A stretch of DNA of 64,000 bases from an uncultured Verrucomicrobiae bacterium (GTDB lineage Bacteria; Verrucomicrobiota; Verrucomicrobiia; Chthoniobacterales; JAATET01). The DNA is taken from the NCBI GenBank assembly GCA_963719495.1, contig CAVRCI010000003.1, positions 64,001 through 128,000 on the forward strand, in the 5' to 3' direction. The notes below the pieces were generated by a model. It was given only the letters and a program-made list of their open reading frames with translations, did not search any database and had not been told where the DNA came from. Positions 19,301-26,890 of this stretch are shown one piece after another. The position numbers and the translations under genes are program-made. Each line of letters opens with the position of its first letter. Positions within the stretch are counted from its first letter, which is position 1.

Positions 19301-19659
19301 GGCACGCGAAATTCGTAGTCCCCGTTGCTCACCACGATGGCGTCCCCGTCCCGCCGCTGCGCGAGCGGCGAATCCGTCGCCCCCTTCACCAGCGACACCT
19401 CCTTCGATTCCTCCCCCTTCTTGCCACCCTCGAGAGTCGCGATGAACCACACCCGCGCCTTCCCGTCCGGCAGCGACTCGACCTGCGCCGGGCGCTTCTC
19501 CCCACCGATCTCCACGGACATCGCCCCGGACGCCGACGGCACGTCCTGATGAACCAGCTCACCCGGCCAATCCAGCTTCAGCGGATTCGAAATCGTGAAA
19601 GATTCCTGGGCGACGAGCAGGGACGGAAGCAAACAGCAGACGAGGAGGAACGAGCGCAT
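16378..19659 (-). CDS. Large secreted protein with a heparinase II/III-like (alpha/alpha toroid plus beta-sandwich) polysaccharide-lyase module
   Basis: Signal peptide MRSFLLVCCLLPSLLVAQ. Motifs DGVGYECPGY, PIGDT, FKAGPARGHYHNDELSYHFY and HNSMTF resemble Hepar_II_III lyases. Confidence 0.6.
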   Translation of the reverse strand: MRSFLLVCCLLPSLLVAQESFTISNPLKLDWPGELVHQDVPSASGAMSVEIGGEKRPAQVESLPDGKARVWFIATLEGGKKGEESKEVSLVKGATDSPLAQRRDGDAIVVSNGDYEFRVPAPKLSAPVAAKDAPPVLGGIRLKGGKDWRGRAWFEGDVTVESITTRVVTEGPVFIDVEVAYVFEGGKKYTATLRFVAGDPWIAVRESTDVEEGKLDYFWELNEGIDTAMWIRWFGYENFGGNTNMNYVPLEPQPGQRGPFVALRPRWNQMPGGGQDFLVTSSGATPGKKTENAKYDPQAPAFGVVATHPMLWENPYAQTIRIYAENGNTARMKFPVAAGTRSYAVLAGRRELFDTTDKLNSIVRRHVDWTLDDQMHEYVLEWNRDPSKAGPSILLDEATLERLQKDFAENKDTPVMKVLRERLENGEELKGVEKDLVALIKGEEVKPPRLPDAGLWLGRRYQDDFLNPTSRAVRQLDDQFALADLFSDGQPIGGPSQAALGYIFTDLDQWPGYELGWGPGNPNFHTDKYMVAAFAGAGLRDHPDSEEWLNFALENFKDDQERTLLPIDGVGYECPGYSGYALHLQLEIGSLFNNIGFANPVVDNPLYKKTGQWHRNLLTPFDARLGLRHEAPIGDTHRWVSGAGAAFGQLAKFFKEADPDFASEMMGTYNLVSENGVDTSLLTELVMIDHGIPATPAEKMEWGSADYYGFGSIMRTRFGQPDETFVSFKAGPARGHYHNDELSYHFYGAGAPLSLDYNCSYHPRGDHAALHNSMTFGVQRPFIHEGDSTEVPAMEQIQATARVGGFESTPVADVVVAERTDETLTLAPIYPDDAKFQYHYPTRKAAVPITHRRFLMLVKHPEKSALADYLVVRDETRSADRQHLNIHLLARDVKRDGQIIRAEGQWDTDAVVFLANPDIDDFEVGRWYYFDEHMSGPDKWPRKDGKKIVPEDQKEMEAWHAKIKDTDGEALIPPKDWKGKWLAGEYQKWVRVETGPDTPMLWVLYPQKRGTKEPKFTALAGGTGVRVELDGESEEIYLASQPAPGVPGVAVVKRDGKDTVLLGADPLAALGEMTSTKAPAGGDPEAHTDDASL

Positions 19660-19720
19660 GATCGGGCAACCATAGAAACCCCCGCCACCCGAGGCAACGG
19701 CCCGGCGGGCAATCCGCATG

Positions 19721-19732
19721 TTTACGCGTAGA
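19721..19732. promoter_or_regulatory. Putative shared operator TTTACGCGTAGA
   Basis: About 60 bp upstream of the lyase-like gene start and an exact copy of the 1159 and 26721 12-mer. Confidence 0.65.
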
Positions 19733-19822
19733 ATTTTCAATACGGATCGGTATCGCGTCCGTCATTTTCGCGCACGAATTGTCGCGTCAAGAAGGTCCTG
19801 CAGGATCCAACGCCATCTCGTT

Positions 19823-19846
19823 CCTGAGGGGTCGCCTGAGGGGTCG
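19823..19846. repeat. Tandem 12-bp duplication CCTGAGGGGTCG x2
   Basis: Copies at 19823-19834 and 19835-19846, followed by GTCATTCATTTTGACA. The core is related to the repeat at 54937. Confidence 0.6.
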
Positions 19847-20001
19847 GTCATTCATTTTGACACATCGATGGGGACTCGGCGGCTCCTGCGAAAGCGCGCG
19901 AACGTCAAATGCGGCGGCGGCGGGCCGATCTGCAACCAAGCCGGGGCTGAGGGTCAAATGCAACGCGGATGGGATGCACGTCGCGGCGACGGGGATCGCG
20001 T

Positions 20002-23000
20002 TCAGCGGGTGATTTTCAGCCGTACGAAGCGCCGGGGGGCACCGTCGCTGGGGATCGTCGCCTCCATCCGGACGGTATCGCCGAGATCCGCGATTTGTTG
20101 CTCCGTCACTCCGGCACTCGACCAATTGACGAGGTCGTCGCTCCATTTCACCGCACCCGATACATCGACCGCGGTTTTGAGCCGCAGGTAGCGAAACTGC
20201 AGATTGGTGCCGTTGCGCTCGAGCTCCGTGGTGTCGTTGCCATCGGCGACGCTCGGATTCGAACCCTGAAAATATTCCGAAAGCGTCGTCTGACGGTCAC
20301 TGTCGAGGTCCGCGGACTCGCCCCAATGGGTGGCTTCCTTCGCGGGATCCGCCAGGATCGCGGGGGAGAAATGGGCCGAGAGCCACGCTTCGTAAGGAGA
20401 GGTGCTCGCGAGTCCGGTTGCCTCGAAGCCGCTGAACTGGACCACCGGGCGCGAACTGGTCCGTGCATCGCTGCCCGCCATGAGGCCGACCGCCGTGACG
20501 TCGGCAAAGTCGCGGGGCAGGAAGATGGCGCTCTGCTGGTCGAAGTCCAGACTCGTCGCCGGATCGTAGGGTGCCCAGTAGCCGTCGGTGCCGTCGGTGT
20601 GGAAGGCCAGCGTCGCGGTGCCGCTGCTCGGCGTTATCAGGTCCTGCGAGACAAAGAACTGCGTGCCCTCGCGCACCAACCAGCGCACTTCGCCGGCGCT
20701 GGTCAGCGTGACGCCCGACATCCGCAGGATGCTGCTGCCGGTGAACTTCACGCGCTGCGTCGCTCCACCGGCGAGGAAGTCGGCCTTGTCGAAATACAGC
20801 AAGCCGATGAGCCGTCCCGATTGCCCGGCACCATTCGCAACGAGCGAGATCTTGAGCGAGTCGTTGCCGGAGCTGCTGTTCTCGACCCGGGCGCGGTCGA
20901 ATTTGCGCGTTGGCGGATTGAGGGTTTCCACTCGCCACCCCCCGTAGAATGGCATGCCCGAGTAACCGGTGGTCGGGTTCAGTGGCGAGCTCGTGCTGAA
21001 CGTGTGCTGGGCGACGCTGTCGTCCGCCGTGCCATCGCCATCCAGGTCGACGAGTTGCGCGGCTGGATCGGCGTCGCGCAGATTCCGATGCGTGGTCACG
21101 AGCCCGCCGGTGTTCCCCCAGCTCACGAAGGTATGCGGCGCGGCGCTGGCCGGGCCGACGTGAACCTGACGCGCGAGGATCCTTAAGCGCAGGTCGCTGT
21201 CGGTAACGGTGAGCTGCATCTGATAGGTGCCGGCTTGCGCGAACGTGTGGTTGGTCACCGCGCCCGCGCCCACCGATCCATCGCCGAAATTCCACGAGTG
21301 GAGGATCGGAATCCCATCCGCGTCGCGTGACGGCGTCGCGTCGAAGATCGCGGTCAGCGGCGCGGGTCCGCCCGGGGGAGAAACGATCACGCGCGCCGTG
21401 GGATCGAGCGGCGTTGGTGCGGGACCCGTGCTCGTGATTTCGAGGAAATCGAGCCGCGCCCGGTTCGAGCCGGATACGCCGCTGATGCGGAGGTGATGCG
21501 GTCCGTCGGGCAGCTCGCCGGAATCCCAGATGCGCGACTGATGGAGCGGCGAGCCGCTCTGCACGTGGATGGTCTGCTGCGGCGTCCCCATGTCGTCGAG
21601 GTAAATGGCGATGTTCTGCGCGTTATTGTTGCTGAATCCGTAGACGACGGCGCGAGTGCCGTGGAAGTCGACTTCCGCCGACCCGCCGCCCGATGTCTCG
21701 CGCAGGTCGCGGCCGAAGTGGCTGGCGTCGGTGAGCGTGCTCCACGAGCCGGTGTAGAGCACATTGGGATGATTCTCCTGCAGCACAAGCTGGTGCCTGA
21801 GCACCAGGCGGCGCGGTGCCGACCACGTCTCGGCACCGAGGTCGTCGACCATTTTCACCCGCACCTCGTGGACGCCGCCCGGCGCGCCCGCCCACGTGAG
21901 GCGATACGGCGCGACGGTGACGGCGGGCTGCGGCGTGCCGTCGAGCTGGAACGTGACCGACGCGATGCTGCGTCCCGCCGAGACGAATCCCGCCGCTTCG
22001 AGGGTCACGGCGCCGGGCATCGCGTACCCGCCGTTGGGCGAGACGAGATCGACCGCGGCGGATCCGGTGTGCCGGAACTGAAGCTGCGCGGCATAAAGAT
22101 CGGGAATGCCCGGCTCCGCACCTGGGTCGGCGATGATGTTGCCTTTCTCGCCTGGGACCATGGCCCACGCGTCGCTGGTGTCGGTCGGCGCGCCCCGAAC
22201 GCCGACGAGCGCGCCGAGCGAATGCGCGTCCGGCTGATTCACGTAGAGTCCGCCGTTGGCAAGCTGCCCGCCGCCGGTAATCTCCACGTTCCAGTGCACG
22301 ACGTTCTTACCCACGAAAGGGCCGAAGTCGTTCGCGCCGCCGGGACCGCCGTCGTTGAACAGCGAGATGTCGGTCCTGACGATGTCGAAGGGCATGAAGC
22401 GGTGCGAATCGAAGGTGCCGTGGTTCATCACGCCGTGCCGACAGACGATCCCACTCGAGAGATCCTCCACGCTGATACCGTGGTGGACCGGCGCATCGAG
22501 GAGGAAATCCTCCAGCAGGCAATCGGTCCCGCGCACGAAGGTCTGCGCGTGGTGCATCCTCACGGTGCCCGTGAATTCGATGCCACTGAGCGCGAGCCCC
22601 TTGTTGCTGCGGCTCAGCACGCCGTTCTCGGCGTTGGCTATCCGCACGCGGCGCACCCAGCAGTTGATCGTCTTGGTGAAAAAGACCGCGTTCCATCCGT
22701 CGTAGGTGTTGTGCGGTTTCGTCAGCGGCGCGCCGACCATCTCGATCGTCAGGTCTTCGATCCCGATCTCTTCCACAACCGGCCCGGTCGGCTCGAAGCC
22801 CACCTCGAATCCGGCGCGCACGTCCGCCCGCAGCGGTTGGGCGAGCGTGATCGTATTGCCCGCGATGGCGCGGATTTCCACCGGCCACTGCCACTGGGCG
22901 CGATCGTTGAGCGCGCCGGCGCCGCCCCAGTTGAAATTTCCCATGAGCGAATGTCCGGCGAGGTGTTTCCAAAGCGCGTAGCTGTCCGCCGCCCCCTTGT

Positions 23001-23745
23001 TCCGCCAGCACAGGAGGTAGTGCTGTCCCGCCCGCAGTTGCGAGGCATCGTTCACCTCGACCGTGAAGCTTCCGCGCGTCGGGGTATTCGTCACGTCGGC
23101 CAGGCGGGGACCGCTCCAGGCCGTGCTGCCCGACCACCACGCCGACCAGTCGCCGCCATAATCGGTGCCGCCGAAGGTCTCGATGACTTTGCGATTCACG
23201 GTGTCGAGCTGCTCCGGTGGTGAGACCCAAAGCATCCCGCCCTGCCACGACCAACGCGATCCGCCCGAACCCGTCAGGTCGGGAGCGATCGCAGCGGCCA
23301 GTGAACGGTCGAATCGGAGCGTGGTCGTTTCCAATCCCGCCCCCCGCAGCACCACGCCCGACCGCGACAGGTGGACCACGCCGCGCGCGAGAACGACGCC
23401 CGGCGGCAGCAGCACCGCGCCGCCGCCCATGCGCCAGGCCGCGTCGATCGCCGCCCGCAGCGCCCCGGTGTTGTCGGTGGTGCCATCGGCCACCACCCCG
23501 TAGTCCGCCGCACGCACGACGACCGGCACATCCGGGATCGGCACGTCGCCGCGACGATAGCCCGCGTAGGAATTATTCGGAATGTTCGGGTGCGAATTCG
23601 GCGACGCCGCGTAGGCGCTCCAGACATCCTCCGCGGTCTGCGAATGGGCCGCGCCTGCCCCGAATCCCAGGATCAGGACCAATGCCAACGCGGGCTGCAG
23701 AAGTCTTACCGGAACTGCGCTGCGAGTGATGGAGATCGTTGTCAC
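20002..23745 (-). CDS. Secreted multidomain protein: pectate-lyase-like beta-helix, Ig-like, carbohydrate-binding-like and PKD domains, and a verrucomicrobial C-terminal domain
   Basis: Signal peptide, then PNNSYAGY…DYGVVADGTTDNTGALRAAID…SGVVLRGAG. PKD motif WNFGDGS…HTFAQAGTY. C-terminal YEAW…ADLDSD…EYFQGSNP…WSDDLVNW…FVRLKITR. Confidence 0.75.
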   Translation of the reverse strand: MTTISITRSAVPVRLLQPALALVLILGFGAGAAHSQTAEDVWSAYAASPNSHPNIPNNSYAGYRRGDVPIPDVPVVVRAADYGVVADGTTDNTGALRAAIDAAWRMGGGAVLLPPGVVLARGVVHLSRSGVVLRGAGLETTTLRFDRSLAAAIAPDLTGSGGSRWSWQGGMLWVSPPEQLDTVNRKVIETFGGTDYGGDWSAWWSGSTAWSGPRLADVTNTPTRGSFTVEVNDASQLRAGQHYLLCWRNKGAADSYALWKHLAGHSLMGNFNWGGAGALNDRAQWQWPVEIRAIAGNTITLAQPLRADVRAGFEVGFEPTGPVVEEIGIEDLTIEMVGAPLTKPHNTYDGWNAVFFTKTINCWVRRVRIANAENGVLSRSNKGLALSGIEFTGTVRMHHAQTFVRGTDCLLEDFLLDAPVHHGISVEDLSSGIVCRHGVMNHGTFDSHRFMPFDIVRTDISLFNDGGPGGANDFGPFVGKNVVHWNVEITGGGQLANGGLYVNQPDAHSLGALVGVRGAPTDTSDAWAMVPGEKGNIIADPGAEPGIPDLYAAQLQFRHTGSAAVDLVSPNGGYAMPGAVTLEAAGFVSAGRSIASVTFQLDGTPQPAVTVAPYRLTWAGAPGGVHEVRVKMVDDLGAETWSAPRRLVLRHQLVLQENHPNVLYTGSWSTLTDASHFGRDLRETSGGGSAEVDFHGTRAVVYGFSNNNAQNIAIYLDDMGTPQQTIHVQSGSPLHQSRIWDSGELPDGPHHLRISGVSGSNRARLDFLEITSTGPAPTPLDPTARVIVSPPGGPAPLTAIFDATPSRDADGIPILHSWNFGDGSVGAGAVTNHTFAQAGTYQMQLTVTDSDLRLRILARQVHVGPASAAPHTFVSWGNTGGLVTTHRNLRDADPAAQLVDLDGDGTADDSVAQHTFSTSSPLNPTTGYSGMPFYGGWRVETLNPPTRKFDRARVENSSSGNDSLKISLVANGAGQSGRLIGLLYFDKADFLAGGATQRVKFTGSSILRMSGVTLTSAGEVRWLVREGTQFFVSQDLITPSSGTATLAFHTDGTDGYWAPYDPATSLDFDQQSAIFLPRDFADVTAVGLMAGSDARTSSRPVVQFSGFEATGLASTSPYEAWLSAHFSPAILADPAKEATHWGESADLDSDRQTTLSEYFQGSNPSVADGNDTTELERNGTNLQFRYLRLKTAVDVSGAVKWSDDLVNWSSAGVTEQQIADLGDTVRMEATIPSDGAPRRFVRLKITR

Positions 23746-23757
23746 GGAAAGAGAAGG

Positions 23758-26550
23758 TCAGGGGTTCGAAACGGAGGTGGGCTTTTCCGCGACGGCTGCG
23801 GTGACCGAGTCCCCGCCGCCGGGTTCGCCCGCCAGCCACGCGAAGAGGTTGCGGGCATACTGCGCGTTGTCGTGTTCGGTGATGTCGGTGCCCGCGCCGT
23901 TCGCGTTGAAGAACGTGTTGCGGTCGAAATGGATCGCCACCCGCCCGGCGTCCGCCGTTGCGACGATGAGCGACCCGTCCCGCGCATCGGTCGGGCGGGT
24001 CGTGCCCTGGCATTTCTTCGAGCCCGGCGTGCCATCGTTGTTGCGGGTGTTGCCGGAGGCGGCGGCGAGCCGCGTGATGCTCACCCCGGCGGGCGGCGGG
24101 CCGGCGGGGATGCGCCCCGGCGAGACGCCTTCGCCCATGAAGGTGTCCACGCCGTCGAAGATCGGGTGGTTCGGAACGACGAACCCGCCCTTCGCGAGAT
24201 CGACCGTGTAGAGGCCGAGGTCCTGGTTCACCGCGAGTCCGAAGCGGTCGAGGAATTGCTGATCGGAATCCGGCGCGTCGCACCAGCTCGATCCGAAGTT
24301 CGCATCGGAGATGAACAGCGCCGCGCCACCGCCGCGCACGTAGGCTTCGAGCGCGTCGATCGCGGCGGTGCCGTAGACCGCGTTGTTCGAGGCGAGGACG
24401 ACTGCCGCGTATTCGTCGAGATCGAGCGCGGCGAGGTCGAGCGGCGCGCCGATGGTCTGCCCGGTGCCGGGAGCGCCGGACTCGAGTGGTTCGGCCACTT
24501 GCTCGACGATGAAGCCCTCGCCCTCGAGCAGGACCTTCAGCGCGCCCCAGCCGTGGTTGCCGTTGTTGGTCGCGGTGTTGCCGAGATCGGCGAGTTGCTC
24601 GGTGCGGTCGGCGTCGTTTTTCGCTTCGAGGAAGCCACCGCTGCGGTCCGCGCCGCGGATGAAGAGCAGCTTCTTCGGCGACGAGACCAGGGCGACCCAG
24701 TCGGCGGTCGCGGGCGCCGGGGGGGAGCCGAGCGAGACGCTGCCGCCGCCGGTGACGGTCGTGACGGAGCCGGGCTGGAGCGCGCCGCCATTGCGCGGAT
24801 CGAACCACCTGACGTCGAACGTCCCCGGCTGGTCCGTGAGATCGAGCGACCGCGTCCCGCCCGACGGCAGGAAGACGACGTATTCGCTGCCCTCCTTCGC
24901 GAGGCAGAATCCGTCGTCGATGTTGTCGGCGGCGTTGCCGACGAGATCGTTGCGGTTGTGCATTTCCCAGAAGGGCACGCCATTTTCCGAAAAGAACTCG
25001 AGCGCGTGTCGGCACTGGTCCCACCAAAGGTCGCGGGAGCGAAAATCCTGCAGCGTGAGATCGGATTGCGCGTGCGAATAACCGAAATACCATTCGTTCC
25101 CAGCGCCGCCCGCCATCAGCGTGCCCCAGAGTGCGCGCTTGCGCGGCACGTCGTGCGTCGGATCGTCGGCGTCGGGCACCAGCGCGTGCGAGGCGTCGCC
25201 AGGTTCGTCCACCGCCACGACCCACGGTTTGCCGACGGTGGCGGACTTGTCGATCCACTCCTTCGTCCAGCCAAAGACTTTGGCAAAATTTTTCGAGTTG
25301 GTCTGGATCGACACACCGGTGAGTTCGGACGCGGTCCCGAGCATGGGCGTGTAGATCGCGCTTTGCTCGCCGGGGTAGGTGTGGATCACGATCGGGTGGC
25401 CATACGGATCGTGGTCGCGAAAATACTGCGCCATCGCCTTCCGCTGGGCGTCGGTCTGGTCCTTGCTCTCCTCGCCGAGGTTCCAGTTCAGCGCGAGGTG
25501 GTGGGCGAAGCGGGCGATCAGCTCGCGGTAGTAGAGCTTGCGCTGCGTGCCGACGCCACCGCCGTCGAGGAGCGTCTCGTTCTCGGTCTCCTGCGTCTTG
25601 AAATGCAGATACATCCCTCGCGCGTCGGCGTGCGTGAAGACCACCTCCCACTGGTCGAGCCGCGACACGTCCAGTCGCACCCGCTCGCCGTAGGCGGTGT
25701 AGGGGAAAACGTTTTTGTCGTCGCCGTCGATGTTCATGGTGAGGAACGAGAAGGCGTTCAACCCTTCGTCCGCGAGGTAGTTGATCGCGCCGATCAGCCC
25801 CTTGCCCCGGCCGTTCCGCCACGTCGGGTCGCCGGGCTGCCAGTCCGCAACGTGAGGCCCCCACGTCTTGATCTTGTCGTCGGCCCGGCCGTCGCTCTTG
25901 AAGTCGCCGTCGAAGTCCGAGTAGGCCAGCAGGTTCTCGGGCGAGTCCGCTCCCTGTTTCAGAAAATACCCGCCCGTCCCGGCCCAGCGCAGGTGGTGCC
26001 CGCCGACGTATTCGAGCAGGCCGCGCGCGCGATTGTCGGGCACGGCCTTGTCGCCCGCGACGACCTCGAACGTGCCGTCGACCTCGCCGTCGGGGTCGCC
26101 ATTCAACGTCGCGGCGCCACCGGGTGCCGCCTCGTCGCTCACCGCCACATCCGTCCCGGTGCTAAACTGCGCCGCGAAATTCCACGTCCCAAGTTCCGGC
26201 GGGGCGAAATGGACGCGCCAGATGTTGCCTGCCGCCGCGCCGGTCTCGCCCGCAGCGCCGTCGGCCGCGTAGTAGCCGGGCACGACGAAACTCCTGCCGC
26301 TGGCCGGATGCGTGAACGTGACATCGAGCCGGTAGTCGAGAAATGGATTGGGCGTCGCGTCCTCGGAGGACGCCGGCCCCTCGAACGCGACCGTCACCCG
26401 GTGCCACTGCCGGAGGTCGCCATGAACGCCGACGGTCGGCGTGCTCGACACAGCCGAAGGTGTGGCCGCGGCGGCCTCGCGCCCGGATTCTGCGGAGGCG
26501 GAAATCCAGAGGCCGAAAAGCAGCGATAGGAAGGGGAGGAGAGCTTTCAC
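23758..26550 (-). CDS. DUF5060-domain TIM-barrel putative glycoside hydrolase with collagen-binding-like domain and C-terminal GATase-like domain
   Basis: Motifs NPFLDYRLDVTF, VPGYYAADG, WRVHFAP, GADSPENLLAY, WNLGEE, DPYGHPIVIH and VRWFDPRNGG. The GTG start at 26550 was chosen from the signal peptide. Confidence 0.75.
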   Translation of the reverse strand: MKALLPFLSLLFGLWISASAESGREAAAATPSAVSSTPTVGVHGDLRQWHRVTVAFEGPASSEDATPNPFLDYRLDVTFTHPASGRSFVVPGYYAADGAAGETGAAAGNIWRVHFAPPELGTWNFAAQFSTGTDVAVSDEAAPGGAATLNGDPDGEVDGTFEVVAGDKAVPDNRARGLLEYVGGHHLRWAGTGGYFLKQGADSPENLLAYSDFDGDFKSDGRADDKIKTWGPHVADWQPGDPTWRNGRGKGLIGAINYLADEGLNAFSFLTMNIDGDDKNVFPYTAYGERVRLDVSRLDQWEVVFTHADARGMYLHFKTQETENETLLDGGGVGTQRKLYYRELIARFAHHLALNWNLGEESKDQTDAQRKAMAQYFRDHDPYGHPIVIHTYPGEQSAIYTPMLGTASELTGVSIQTNSKNFAKVFGWTKEWIDKSATVGKPWVVAVDEPGDASHALVPDADDPTHDVPRKRALWGTLMAGGAGNEWYFGYSHAQSDLTLQDFRSRDLWWDQCRHALEFFSENGVPFWEMHNRNDLVGNAADNIDDGFCLAKEGSEYVVFLPSGGTRSLDLTDQPGTFDVRWFDPRNGGALQPGSVTTVTGGGSVSLGSPPAPATADWVALVSSPKKLLFIRGADRSGGFLEAKNDADRTEQLADLGNTATNNGNHGWGALKVLLEGEGFIVEQVAEPLESGAPGTGQTIGAPLDLAALDLDEYAAVVLASNNAVYGTAAIDALEAYVRGGGAALFISDANFGSSWCDAPDSDQQFLDRFGLAVNQDLGLYTVDLAKGGFVVPNHPIFDGVDTFMGEGVSPGRIPAGPPPAGVSITRLAAASGNTRNNDGTPGSKKCQGTTRPTDARDGSLIVATADAGRVAIHFDRNTFFNANGAGTDITEHDNAQYARNLFAWLAGEPGGGDSVTAAVAEKPTSVSNP

Positions 26551-26720
26551 CGGATGGAGGGAGGAAGCCAATTCAACGGCTGGCGCGGACAAGGGCCTTC
26601 CGTATCGTCGGTCAACGCCGCAAAGCGCCGACGAAAAGAGGAGTTTTGGAGGGGAGACACCAAGGCACCCAGAATATCCGATCAACCTCGAAACGCCAAC
26701 CCGCACCGGGTGGACGAGAT

Positions 26721-26732
26721 TTTACGCGTAGA
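26721..26732. promoter_or_regulatory. Putative shared operator TTTACGCGTAGA (variant TTTACGCATATA at 26795-26806)
   Basis: Lies in the divergent promoter region between the DUF5060 gene and the TPR-ExbBD operon. Confidence 0.65.
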
Positions 26733-26890
26733 GCCAAACGGTCTTCGTGCGAAAGGCGGAGCCCGCTGCGATCGACCGGTGCATCGAGATGATGTTTACG
26801 CATATAACATCCTCTCGATAGCAGGTGCTCGTCTTCCCAAGGTAGGATCGGAGTTTCCGCATCCGTCCCTCCCAACTCCCCTCTTCGATA

